Shown in pieces: positions 24,450 to 37,200 of a stretch of 42,176 bases of DNA. The first letter of the stretch is position 1; the number at the start of each line of letters is the position of its first letter. A program made the translations under genes and the position numbers. The notes below the pieces were generated by a model that was not told the origin of the DNA, ran no database searches, and saw only the letters and a program-made list of their open reading frames with translations. The DNA lies in the sequence record SRR20825019_2882; one strand, given 5' to 3'.

Positions 24450-24519
24450 GTCGTTTCACGTATTACTTGGTTTTCCTTGTTATGTATATGTATACAATCT
24501 AGTGGTTGCTGCCAATGCC

Positions 24520-25170
24520 GGGAAGCCCGGCCCGCGGCCCGGCCAGGGCCAGGGCGGCGCCCGGACTTCGGATTGAACCGTCCGGCCGAGGCCCGGCCCG
24601 GCCCGGCGGCCGTGCCCGGGGCCAGCGGCCGCGCCGGCGCTACCGCGGCTGCGGCGCTGGATGGCGCCCCGGCCGCGGCCCCGCCGACAAGTGATCTGTC
24701 AGACAGCCGAGCTGACGATCCCGTTTGGGAATGTGTCACGGTGAGGCCTCAGGCAGGGACGGGAGCATGCCCTCACATGGTCTGCTGGCCAGTCTGGCCA
24801 CCCGTGACCGCCCGTCCGACTCGACGGGGAGCAGTGAGCCGAAGGTCATGAATCATCCGAGCATGAGGGGCCGAGGTGTCGTTCATGATTAGGGTTGTAT
24901 CGATCGGATCCGCGCCCGCCCCGGCGCCCCGCCCGGGGGGGCCCATCGTCCTTGTACAGGCCGGGACGCGGCCCGCTTCCGCCGAGCCGGAGCGAACTGT
25001 CACGGCGGCTGTCGTCCGGCTGACGCCATCGGCGGTGGCACCACTGAGAGCTCGGCCCGCAACGGCCACGGACCTGGCGGTCAGTCGGACTGGTGGGCCC
25101 GCTGTGGCGGCTCACTGCGCCAGCCGCCGGGCGAGAGGCGAGGACGCGCCGAATCGGCCGACGGTCAGAG
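24520..25170. promoter_or_regulatory. GC-rich divergent island between AFG1 and the LRR-AAA-SAM gene
   Basis: Very GC-rich, between two 5' ends. Confidence 0.55.
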
Positions 25171-25258
25171 GTCGTGGGGTGCAGTGCTTCTCACACGCGT
25201 TGTTATTACCATATAGAAGTATTCTAGCTACTGCACTAATAAAATACGTTACTGTAAA

Positions 25259-28110
25259 ATGGCGTTCTTAAGTGCCAACGCCACATTTAACCGTCATCGC
25301 TCAACGTCTAGTCTGAATAACAAGTCGTTTGAAGACCACCTCAGTGAAATTGAGAATAATGTGGCTCTCTCCGTGAATCTCAGAGGGAAGATGAGTGTTG
25401 CGGTATGTTTATGCCTTTGATTTTTGATTGTCTTGGTATTCTAACGGAAGCGAACAGGAGGTAGATAGGCTTGCGCTTGCTCTTCGCCGGAATACGTCTG
25501 TTAGCTCGTTGGATCTGAGCCGGAACAAGTTTGGCGACCATGGTTCCAGCCGCCTTGTGAGGACAATGCAGGCCGGTCTCACAATTCGAATGCTTAATCT
25601 CGCTAACAATATGATATGCGGTACAGTGTTGACTCTTATGCATTGCTTGGATGCTTATCAACTGACATGTAGATGACGGAATGTTGGCGATTGCGGACTT
25701 TCTTAAGCAAGATACGTGTTTGGAGGTCCTGCTGCTAATGAATAACGATGCTGGAGATCAGAGTGCACTTCGATTTGCGGCCGCACTGCGACAAAATAGC
25801 ACCTTGAAAACGCTCAATCTAGAAAACAACGACATTTGCAGGGAGGGGGCGGAGTCATTTATAGAAGTGGTGGAGCAGGGGACATACCTTCACGAATTGC
25901 ACTTGAAGGACAACAATGTCCCGCCCCCTGTCATTGACAGATTAGATCGTCTTCTCGAATCCAATGCCGCTATCTACAAGCGCACCGAAGAACCAATGAA
26001 GGCGTTGATCATTCAAGCGGCAAATTCCGCAGGAGTGAAGGAGCACGAAAGCTGGAATGAGGGTTATTCAGGGCAGAAGGTGGCTGTTAACGAGATGTCA
26101 ACCATAATGGCTGCACTGAAGTGGAGGCCGGACCGAGAGACTAACCGGCCCTACAGAGTACTATTTGTGGGTGAAGATGGCGTGGGCAAGGCGGAGCTGG
26201 CAAGGAGAGCGGCGAGATCGATGCATATGGATGACAAATTTCCAACAATGGATCAACTCAAGGGAGAGGGTAAATACATGGAGTTTGATGTCTCCCAAAT
26301 CAACGGAATGCCGCTTATTGATGCTATGGTGAAGCGCATGAGGGTGATGTCGGGTGAGTTTGCGTGAAGTGGTAAGGTATGGGGCTGACAGATCATGCAG
26401 GCAGGAGAATAGGACCTGTGGTGTTTCTTGAAATGATAGAGAAACTCGATACCAATGCGCTTGCAAGTATCGTGAAGTCTTTTGAGACAGGAATACTCCA
26501 AGCCGGATCGTCACAGTGCGACTGTCGCAATGCCCTCTACATCACATCGGCAGTAGTTGGGTCGGAAGTGTTACGGTCCGTGCTGCAGTCCGATGCCCAT
26601 GCGCGCGATGCCCAATCTCTTGTAGATCTCGATAATCTCATGGTGGGCCCGGAGCGGAAGAGCATTCTCACTGCTCTCCAGGAAAGATCTGCCACCAAGC
26701 GACGAAAGTCAATATCTCTTCTGCCGAATTCGAACGAGAGCGCCGCAGCCCTCAACGATTTTGTTGACCCAGCAATTCTGGCTAAGTTCAACAAGGTGAT
26801 ACCCTTCTGGCCAGTGACGGAAGAAGACATGGCCGAAAGAGCACGTGGTATGCTTAAGGTTCTTCGTCGTGAGTTTATCGAGGAGCGCATATACCTTGGG
26901 TATATGGACCCTGAAGTCGTTAATATGGTTGCCGAAGGGCTTATCAAAGTTCTCCGCGAAAACCCCAGGATTTCGTATATACGCAACTTCATAGCTAAGG
27001 CCATTCAGTCTGCAGAGATAGTCCCCGGTGATGCTGTGTTGCTATATCTTGATGCTAACGGGGTCCGTTTTATTCGGAAGCAAGTGGGACAGGGTTTTGG
27101 AAGGCAGGGCTTGCGTCGTTCCAGCAAGTCGCTGAAGATGCCTGGGCAAGAGGTTCGCGAGACCGAGTTGGCGTCGTCGATCGTAAATTCATGGCAGCGT
27201 ATGACTGCCGAACGCAAGAAGACAAGCTCTCCACAGCCAAACCCCGACTCGAAGGATTCACCATCGAGTGAGAATGACTTGGAGAGGCGGTCACTTCACT
27301 CAATGATACGGCCCTCTCTTGTCAGACAATATACTGAGGACGTAGATTCGGAACAAGGTGATACAGTCGGAGACACCCTCGGAATGTCGGATCAATCGAT
27401 GATTGATAGTCCCCGCAAGTCTGTTGTCGCAAGTCATTCGGAAACGCCAGATCACGAGAGGGCTTCCCCGGAACCTGCAGTGCAGGAACGAGGAATGAAT
27501 AGCGCAGATCCTATGGTACCATCTGGTGGGCACGGCCATCGCCGCACGACATCTGGCTATAGTACATCCATGATGAGCCCCAGATACGCCTCACCCGCCG
27601 GGTCGAGTATGTAGCCTGAACGATGCTATTTTTGTGCAGACATTTACTGATCGTCCACAGAACCAACCCACTGGTCCAAGGAGGATATTGCCACCTATCT
27701 CCGAGAGAGTAACATTGATGGAGCCAGCATCACGGTAGGTTTTACTACTCGCGTGTGTGGGAAACCTTGGCTGACGATATATCAGCGGCTACTGAAGGCT
27801 GGCGTGGACGGTGAAGTGCTCATGATGCTCAACAAAGAAGAGCTCTACAGGGTACAGTATGCATTTCCTTGCCAAGCGCGCCGCCCTAATGCTGCACCAG
27901 GATCTCAAGCTGCCTCTGGGCGCGACAATGAAAGTCCTCGGAGTGAAACAGAAGCTTTTGGACGGCATGAATCAGATGGATGCGAAGGTTGAGGCTGAAG
28001 CGACTCCAACTCAAAGCCCCCCATCATACACCGTGACTATCGATCTCCGGCTAACTGGCGTAATTCTGCTTTCTATAATCGTTGCCTTTCTGGCAGGAAA
28101 GGCCATCTAA
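25259..28110 (+). CDS. RI-type LRR + degenerate ClpB-NBD2-like AAA+ module + Ser-rich linker + SAM domain + C-terminal TM helix, multi-exon
   Basis: LRRs: SLDLSRNKFGDHG, LNLANNMI, TLNLENNDI. AAA module: GQKVAV...NRPYRVLFVGEDGVGKAELAR, VVFLEMIEK, DCRNALYITS, KVIPFWPV. SAM: HWSKEDIATYL...GVDGEVLMML...DLKLPLG. TM: LTGVILLSIIVAFLA. Confidence 0.82.
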
Positions 28111-28158
28111 GCCACTTGGAATCCCAGTGATATTCGCAGCATCGTAGCGATTCACTGC

Positions 28159-29638
28159 TCATCCATCGACAAAGTCACAGATTGCCTGCACAACAAGGAC
28201 TCGTTATTGCGTGTCGCGGCCGACTGGAGAAAGCTTACCTTGGCAAACCATACTGGGCTTTGTAGTTCAGGGTAGTGCCCACCGCCCCTAAGGACGTTCT
28301 CTTTGGTTTGTCCGCTGAGGAGGCCTCGCATCGTTCCCCATTCTGTAAGGAGGGTATATTAGCAAGGACACATGGGTCTGACAAGGAAACCCACCGGTGT
28401 ATTGGTGTGCTTCCTCAGCATCTCCACGTATGAACAGCGTAGGCTGCGTTGGCTTATAATAGGGTGTCATTGCTCTGGTGTACATGGTGGAAAATCATAT
28501 ACGCACGTGCATCTCGCCCATATCGAAAGGGTCGCATCCGGCATAATAAACCTCTTGGAGGAGCGAGGCAAATGGAAATGACGCTCCTTTCTCGTAGACA
28601 CTGCGAAACACCTCAAAGAAGCCGCTGAGATATTGGTGTTGTGTCAACATTCATGTTCTTATCACTGATTCCGAATACAATGCATACCGCCGGAAACCCT
28701 TGGCAGACCGCGCAAAGTCACTATCCGTTCCATTGTATCCTTCCTCGTAGATGCCCCCGTCACTTTCATCAGGGAACATCTGCTCGTACCACGACCAGGC
28801 GACCTCCTTAGCCTTTGTGGCCAACACGATCTGCGAGACGAACTGAGAGGATAGGATACTGTGGTCCACACGCTTCGCCCATCGAAGTTGCTCCAGCCAG
28901 TCGCCCTGCGCCTCCATCCATCAATCGTCACATCAAAGCTAGCTGACCCACTTAGGAGTGGTGATAAAATACTCACCGACTGTATCACTACGAGGTGCGA
29001 AACACGCTCCACATTGTCAATGCGAGCAGCGACCTTCACAGCCATCAGGGCAGTGATTGAGGATCCAACTAAGACATAGTGGTCTCGGTCAAGCTTCTGC
29101 ACCACTTCTTCCATTGCCTCCACATAGTCCTCAAACTGAAAGAGAAATCCGTGGCTAATGGTTGAATACCCAAACCCTGCGTTAGCCGCGTGAGTACATA
29201 TCAGCAACGACGAAACGTTCCCCAAATATTCTGTCAAGGCTCACCCGGCATCTCAACCACTATCACCTCAAAGTCTTGAGCTTCTAGGGCCTGCATTAAT
29301 GGTGTATAGTGCTCCAAAGCATTGGGCGGCTCAGCGAACAGGAGAATGGTTAAGCCCCTTCGACCATTGGCCCCAGCACTCCTGACACGAACCCGTGCAC
29401 TATCAAGTGTAATGAAATAAACAGTGTCTCCCGGTGAAAGTTCTAACCCTGTGGAGGTAACGAGCATCGACGCTTCGTGGCGGGGCCGCTTAGGGGGGAA
29501 CAAAAGGAGGCGTGCAGCGTCGTAGCTGGAACCATGCGGGCCATAAAGTGCAAGAGGAACGAGAATGACGACAACCGGAACCCCAAACACCACGAGGCCA
29601 AATAAAATATACAATGCCTCTGCTGAAACCAAGTCCAT
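28159..29638 (-). CDS. Alpha/beta-hydrolase-fold protein with an N-terminal TM anchor, multi-exon (one internal junction unresolved)
   Basis: N-terminal hydrophobic helix, VVEMPG|FGYS, elbow VLVGSSITALMA, PTLFIRGD and C-terminal GGGHYPELQSP. Confidence 0.78.
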
Positions 29639-29789
29639 TCGACACCAATCTTCCTCGGCTGCTGAGTCTTCAGTTCTCAGCTAAGAGACCTACGCACTGT
29701 CTTCCCCTCCAAAATGAAACTTTATACTGATATGCCTCTTTGGGAAGGCACATTGTGGGGTTGGTGTTCCTACCGGTTGGCTTCAATTC

Positions 29790-30040
29790 GCGCAGCGACC
29801 GGCGGGTGCACCTTTGAGGTGGTTGGTTGGTACGGTCCGGTCTGCCCCGAGGGCCGGGGCCCGGGGTCGCCCCCCGGCCCCCGCGGTGCCGCGGCGTCCC
29901 ACGGGAGACAAAGAAGTTATCGAGCCAAGGCTCAAGCTTGAGCGCCGCGGGCGGGGGGGCGCCGGCAAGGAGACCGGACGCCCGGCCGGCGAGGCGGGAC
30001 GGGAAGCGGGCCGGGCCCGGCCGGGGCCGTCGGGAGAATT
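29790..30040. promoter_or_regulatory. GC-rich island upstream of the hydrolase gene
   Basis: Very GC-rich block lying 5' of the minus-strand hydrolase. Confidence 0.5.
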
Positions 30041-30127
30041 GAAAAGAATGTTTAGTGAATCATCATCATCCATTCATTGCGGTCGTAGCCTGGGCCCCGC
30101 TAATCGGATTGATCACTCCAACCAACT

Positions 30128-33100
30128 TTATTGGACGGTGCAAGCTTTCACATCGCAGCCTTTTCGCTTGAGCCTCTTGGTGTCAAACATGTCTTCAAAG
30201 AAAGTGCGGTGGGTGGTATGATTGACATCCTCTTCCTTCTTCTTTTTCTTCTTCTTCGACGACTCATTGAGGAGCCTCGTAAGAACGCCCATCTTTCCCT
30301 ATGCGCTGTTCAGAACGGACAATAAATCCTATTTTGCTGGTGTCTTTACCTCCACATCGGCATCATTGTCCACATCTGGGTCCCATAATAGCACGCACGG
30401 CTTATCAGTATACGCCAGCACCGTGTATGTACCCCGCGCTGCAGAGGGAGCAGTCAGTCCCGCAAAGTCTCAAAACCACTCGGTGAATACCTGGGTTGGG
30501 CGAGCAGAAAACTAAATTGTACTCAGGATTACTGTCTGTGTTTGCTTCAAGCTCAGCCTCAACATATGCTATCGAAAGGTTTAGGCAAATTGACGGCTGG
30601 TGCGTTCATAGATCATACCAGGAATGCCGTTCTTGTATGTAATATTTTCCCTGAGAACAACAACATCTTCCTGTTCGACCTTCCTTTGAGTTGGGTCTGC
30701 GGCTGCATTACGAGGTAAGGAACCCCCCATAGTCTCATCATCACTCATTGCACCTTTCATTGCTTTGCCCCCTTTCGTGTTCAAAATATAAAAGCATAAT
30801 GACGAATCCATGAGTTTCTCTCCTTGGAGGAAGAATCTGCGCTATGTCAGCTTCGGAAGACCCCCTGCGAGCCATAACATACTTGATGCAAGTCTTTTCA
30901 AGGACTTTCAACTTCATAGCAGGATTATCACAAAAGTGTTCTCCATCAATGCCCCCGCCTGCCCGGTCATCCGTGTCCACATCCCACTGGATCAATTGCT
31001 TGTGGTTGTCAGGTAGTGTGTGGACGGAAAGGTCACAGGTCTTCGTGGCATAAACTGTAGAATCACGGTTAGACGACTACTTACATCAAGAAACGGAAAA
31101 ACGTACTTGACAGAATGAATTTTTGCTCCTCGTTGGGAGAATGTGTGCAAGCAAGCACAATGTATTGCTCACCGTTAGAGACCCCATGGATCTCTCTGGA
31201 CACCTGCATATGGCTGTGAGGTTCTGCAGGCCACAGATCACGCGTCGTTCCGTGTACCTCCCGAGCTGGGTTGAGATATGTCTGTGCAACCACCTCGTCT
31301 TGGGAAGCCTTGAGTATCTTCGCCTTGCCTTCCGTATCTGCATGCACTGTTCAGTGTACTATCCCGTCTATTCCATACTTAGCGCTACCCTTTCTCTTCT
31401 TTTCGTCGGGGTCCAAGTTTGAAGAAGCCGCACGGGGTATTTTGAACACAAAGAAGCCTATGCTCTTGTAATTCAGCTCTTCGTGATTAATGTAGTCACA
31501 ATCAGGCTGCTGGAGGTGTATGAAAACGTCGGAGTTGTTCTCATGAACTGTGAGTAGATACTGTGGGTTGTCCATCCAGGAAAGGAGATTTCTTGTAGAG
31601 CCTCCTGCTGATACATCCTTGATCCATTCTCCCTGGACTAGCAATCAGTACCGTGTGGAGGACTGAAATGTTGGCGGTTAAGTACCTTCCTCATCACTCC
31701 AGTCCAATTGTCCTTGTGTCCTGGGAGCTCGTGGAAGCGGGAGACCACTGCCTTGGTAAAGTTTATCATGACATCCTCCAATTCCATCCAAAAGGTCGAT
31801 TTGTCACTCTCTTCGGCAACATTCAGTTGTCTCTTGAGGTCCGATGTCCAACTCTCATCTCCATTGTGCCATTTCCCTGTCCAGGTTGTGTCCCCCCACC
31901 TATCCCCCCTTTAGATATCGCAGAGAACTGTACATGTAGTTGCAGGAACTCACTGGCTTCTAAACTTAATCATACGCATTCCACGTTTCGGTTCCTTCAC
32001 ATCCAAAATTCCATATGCGTGATTCTGTTGACGGCTTTCCGGTGAGAACTCATATCGCCAAACTATTCCGACAACACTTACTAAGTAGATTCCGTCACTG
32101 TTTACCTTGTTTGACGACGTGGTATCGTCAAGAACCATGCACATTAGGAACCTATTCAACAATTGCGTCAATAATTGCCCGCATCTACCATACATACGCC
32201 GGGTACGCACTCGTTCTCATGGTTGCGAGTCAAAATCTTCCACAGAAGGTCAAGGGCTTCAGCTTCTTGCTCTGCAGCACTCTTGTCACCTCCAGTTTGC
32301 TTCACGAAAGTCGTCAGGTCCTGGAAGAAACTAAACAGCGAGGATGTGAGCAACATCGAAAAAAACACACATTCAAGCCCACATCTTCTCTCCCAAGCCG
32401 CCAGTGAGATCCGCTAGCGCAGCACTAAGTGATCCGCCCTCACTTTGTTCGTATGTTCCATGCTACGCGGTACTCGACGTCAGTGACTGGCGGATAGTCA
32501 AGGCGCAACATACAGCTTTGGCATACGCCTTTTCCATGAGCATAGGCCACACAACATCCGGTTCCGGAGAGACGCAATAAGAGGGCTGGTCTCGGCTCAT
32601 TGGGATATAGTCGTCCACAATCACCTCTTCCCACTTCCCGTTCTTGAAAAATTGACACGCAAAAAGCCCTTGTTCGGGAAAGTAACCGTAGCTCGGGGGC
32701 TCTCCCACCATGATCTGTTCCATCAGCTCCTTTCTCATCGCCACGACTGAAAGGGCGCCAATGAAGAAGTAGTTTGCAATCCCACCCTGCAAGACTGGAA
32801 AGAACTATCAGTGCCTGCATAGCCACTTCCAACACTTCATCACGTACTGTTCATGTTTCCACAGTGACGAAGGAGGTCCTCGGAGGGCTTCATGTTCTTC
32901 TTTTCCAGATACTCTGGTACTCGCAGCCATCCCGTCACCTCAGTCGCGTTTCGGGGGGGTTGCTTGGGGTCTCTGTACAAACTGGCGGCACTGGTGCGGA
33001 ACTCTTCATCAGTGAACTTGCCACTCTTCGACTCTTGGCAAGCCGCAAGAATTGCAGGGTACTTGTACTGCCTGCCTTTGTCCTTCTTTCCCTGTACGAT

Positions 33101-33143
33101 CGGCGTCAGCGTCACCTCTAACACTCTCCAAATAGCCTACCAT
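30128..33143 (-). CDS. Calpain-like protein (CysPc + domain III-like regions) with substituted catalytic residues and a C-terminal CaaX, multi-exon
   Basis: FTDEEF, WLRVPE, QGGIANYFFIGAL, GKWEEVIVDDYIP, WPMLMEKAYAK, NHAYGI, KFRSQ|WG..WTGKW, GEWIKDVSAGG..NPQYLL. Ends KRKGCDVKACTVQ*. Confidence 0.88.
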
Positions 33144-33419
33144 TGGGGAACCAGACTGTTTGGGGGACAATTGTAACCACGAAGTATTTATTCCTGCAAA
33201 CTGCCAAGCGAAGGCCCAGCGTGGGCTTTTGGCGCTGGGCAACGCCCTGGTCAGTTGCTTTGGCAGGCTCGAAGAGTAGCCAGCTGGCCAGCCGGCAAAC
33301 CTGTCGTTCGAGTCTTTGCTGTTGGTCGGAGCCAGCACCGCATTCACCGAAGTGATAGTGGAAACAGAGCAAGCTCATCTCTCCAAAGCGCTCAGACGCG
33401 TCCTCTCCAACGACCAGAC

Positions 33420-33960
33420 TAGCAGCGGCCAGTGTAGCGCGAGCGCTCGGCCACCGCCCATTGATTGGGGGTGCGGCTTGGGTGGCCATGACCGGCATCC
33501 TCGGCCGGGCCGGGGGCCGGGCCCGCGCCGGCGCCCGGCTGCGCCCGCGCGAGCGGCGCCGGGGGCCTTGGCCTGCGAGCCGGCCAGCTGCCCTCCGCAT
33601 GCACCACAGTCAATGGAGGAGGACGGGATGCCGATGATCCTCCTCGAGGATCGGATCAATCACATGGCGCAGTCCACCACCCAGCATGAATTTGTTGCCC
33701 TCACTTGCTGACCACCAATCCTCGGTCTGCAGGGTGCGTAACCCGTAGTGAGCGAGTAGTAATGGGAAACCGCTTTAATTTGCGTAGATTGACACATTAC
33801 TGAGCTTGCTTGGCGGTTGGTGCACTGGGAATGAACGCACGCGCAGGGCACAGTCCGGGATGACTCGGCACGGGGGGCGGGCGCGCGACGACCGGGCTCA
33901 CGGCAGGCTCACCACCGCGGGGCCGCGTCATTGTTAGTCAGGCTGATGACTCGCCCGGCC
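33420..33960. promoter_or_regulatory. GC-rich divergent region between the calpain-like and polycystin-like genes
   Basis: Two GC-rich blocks between two 5' ends. Confidence 0.5.
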
Positions 33961-34297
33961 GGGAGGGATTCTATAGTTGGAGCACCCAACCATCCAAGAT
34001 AGCTTTGGTGCATGATCATGTGAATTTAGAGCTATGTATGGCGACTTGTTTATTTTCTTGTGGAGGTAGGGTCGGCGGAGATGTTGCCCGGTAGAACGGC
34101 AGCCGCGCATGGCCACAACAGGGCCTCGTCAACAGAGTCATATGACGACATGAACTTGGAAGACTGGAAGGGCGCGGTAATGAGTGGCGTGGTAGTTAGT
34201 CTAGAGCTCAGGCTGACGCAGTTTTCCGCTGCAGATAGCGGACGAGGAGGATCAAGCAAACCAAGCGAGCTTGTTCAATGACTGGCTAGAGGGAAGC

Positions 34298-37200
34298 ATG
34301 GGCGGAGAGGGAGCAAGTTACGGTAGGTGTAGCATAGGAGTGAGCTTCGGTGAAGTTGAAGTCAAGATTTCTAATTTTTTTTTGTCAGGGGCTTTCAAGC
34401 GAAACACCAAGAAGTGGTCATTGCGCCACAGTAGCGTCGCCGATATGGAAGCAGGCAAGAACTACGTAGACGAGGCCAGTCATAGCATTACCGGACCGTT
34501 GGATTTGGCTGACGACTCGCATGCTCGTCTCCAAGATGGCGAAGCTGTTGAGGACTCACAAAAGCGGCACACGCGGCGTCAATCCAGCATCGCAGTCATA
34601 AAGAACGAGTTGCAGACCATCGCTCAGATTGCCACCGAGTTGGTCAAGGGAGAAGCAGCCGTGACAAAGAAGATGGAGATGGACGAAGAGACTCGAGAGC
34701 TTAAGAAGGCGCGGGAGGAATATGAGGAAGACGTGACGAGGAGGGTGAGTGTCTCGCCTTTGATGGTGAATCCTGCTCATACTGTTACGGTTAGGTTCAA
34801 GCACTCATTCGTAGAACGCTGGTGCGCAAGGAGTACCATCATGTTCGCCGAGACAAGATGATATCCTTCAACAGAGCCAAGTTAATCCGCAGGCTGAATG
34901 AACTGCCCGATGCCCGCACGAGCTATTGTCTCTTGTTCTTCTACATGATATTCTTCGCTGTTGTAATGACATATTTCCGAACATCTGTGAGCTCTGATGC
35001 TCGATATGCCTCAGGAGGGTTTATGAAGGACACCATTATGACTGAATGGTGGCAGGTGTGTGGATATGCTCTGAACTTTTTCTTGCTGCTTAGCTCTGTT
35101 TAATTAGGCTGGGGATGACGGGTATGAAGTGCGGACCGTTGGCGATTTGTATACATTCATCGATGTAGGTCGTGGATATGGTTTTATCATCCGTAAGCTC
35201 ATGCATCCAAAGAGTGCAATCCTCCAACAGTTTGAGAGTCGGTCAATAACAAGGCAGGATGGAACCGAGGATAGCGAGGTGTTCATGTGGAAGCAAGGGC
35301 AGGGATTAAATGGAGTTGTAATTGCGCAGGTAGCCGCTTTGGCATTATCGCGTAGCTTCTCAGCTGACCCTGGGCCTAGATACGAGGGAATGAGGAATAT
35401 TGCAGTGACAGGTATACCCTGACCCAGGGCACTGACTATAGTGCCAATGTCTGTCAGATGTCGATCGCCAATGGCGGCATCAATACTGAGGCATTTGGAA
35501 ACCTGACGCACAGAGACTTCAATGATTATTTTAATGGAAAAAATATGGACGCCAAGTTCTCCACGAGCGCACCATGCCCCAGCTTTTCTTTTGACACCGG
35601 GGGAGCGAGTGGCAAATGGGGAGAGTCTCACGCTATAATAGTAATGTGTAGCAGCTGTTTACCGCCTCTATTTTGCTGATGTGTTGTTTTTCAGTTTCCT
35701 TATGAAAAAGGTGACAATGAGTTCATCACGTACTTCTCCGATGCCCTTGCTTTAGTCGAGAGATGTGAATTTCTTGATCATAGGACTAGATACCTTACTA
35801 TAGAAGTGATGCTTTTCTTTGGAAATGAGATCCCGCTAGTTGCTATTCTGTGGATAACATATGAATTTTCCATATATGGGCAAGTTATTCCATCATATGA
35901 ACTCTTTATCGTAGATATTCTTCCGGCAACTTGGGGAATGTGGACTTGTGTCATGATCATGTTTTTCTCTTGCATGTTCATGGCCGCGTCGTATGTCTGT
36001 ATGTTATTATACTCGTGTTTGGAAAGGGGCATTGGGAGAACAATATCCGAGTATTTACGAAATTACTGGACTCTCTTCGATCTCATTTTTATCATCATCA
36101 TTTTTTTCTTTTGTTCATACTTCTGGGTAAGATTTCTTCCTATGTTGATGTTGCTTTTGGCTGACAACGGCATTCTTAAGGCCATTGAGTCGGTTCTTTC
36201 ACAACAGTCCGCTGACCGTAATGAATATTCGAAAGAATTCCGGAATAATATTGTATCCATCTCGGATTTATGGAGCACATTCAGGACTGTGCGAGCAATA
36301 ACTGGAGCAATGTCATTTTTGAAGATCTTGGAATATACGCGGCACCGGGGTATGCTTTCCATTCTTACACAAACTCTGTACAAGGCTGCGATGAGGATCA
36401 GTCATTTCCTTCTCACACTTCTTCTTTTCGGCGCCGCTTTCTTGGTACTCAGTGAAGAATGGTTTGGAGATCGACTGCTGAACTACAGTACTTTTGGTCG
36501 GGCTTCTATGACTTTGCTGAGAATGACATTTGGAGACTTCGAATACGAAGAATTAAGACTTGCCGCCCCTACCACCTCCGCACTCTTCTTTTGGGTAGGT
36601 TCACAACGATTAATATCATTACATTCTCTCATCTTTTGCAGGGATTTTTGATTATCATGGGCCTTGTGTTGACGAACTTCTTCATTGCCATCATTTTGGA
36701 TACTTATTCACAGGTATACGATGAGACATCTGGTTGAGTGGCACCGGGTCTGATGTTGTCTTGTGTCCACTTCAGGTCATGTCAGCAAGAAGAATGAACG
36801 AGAACATCGTCGAAGAGGCCCACCGCCAGTTTATGAACAGCTATCATGCTTTTACGAGTCACACCATCCCTGCCCAAGAACTCGCTGCCATTTTGACTTG
36901 GGATCGCCAACTATCAAGGAAACGCTTTGTCACATTGTTTGACATTCGTTCGCGGTGTGGAAGGAACAAGTTATCGGGGGAATGCCAGCTGGTATGCCAC
37001 TTGGCCACGAGCATGTCTTAAGTGTTGACAAATGTTTCGTTTCAGATTTTGTACGAGTATCATGAACAGCCGTCTGTTCCGTTTGTAAAACGTGTAATTG
37101 CCCCGGCATATCGCTACTACAAGATCAAAACGTTCACCACATATCGTCCACCATTGCCTAACTTTCTTCGAGGTACCTGGATAATATATGTCCGTGTGAA

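Noticed and set aside
33420-34290. RFX X-box upstream of putative ciliary genes
   Set aside because: Only partial half-sites were seen (e.g. gtggccatgacc), with no full GTTGCCATGGCAAC-like palindrome.
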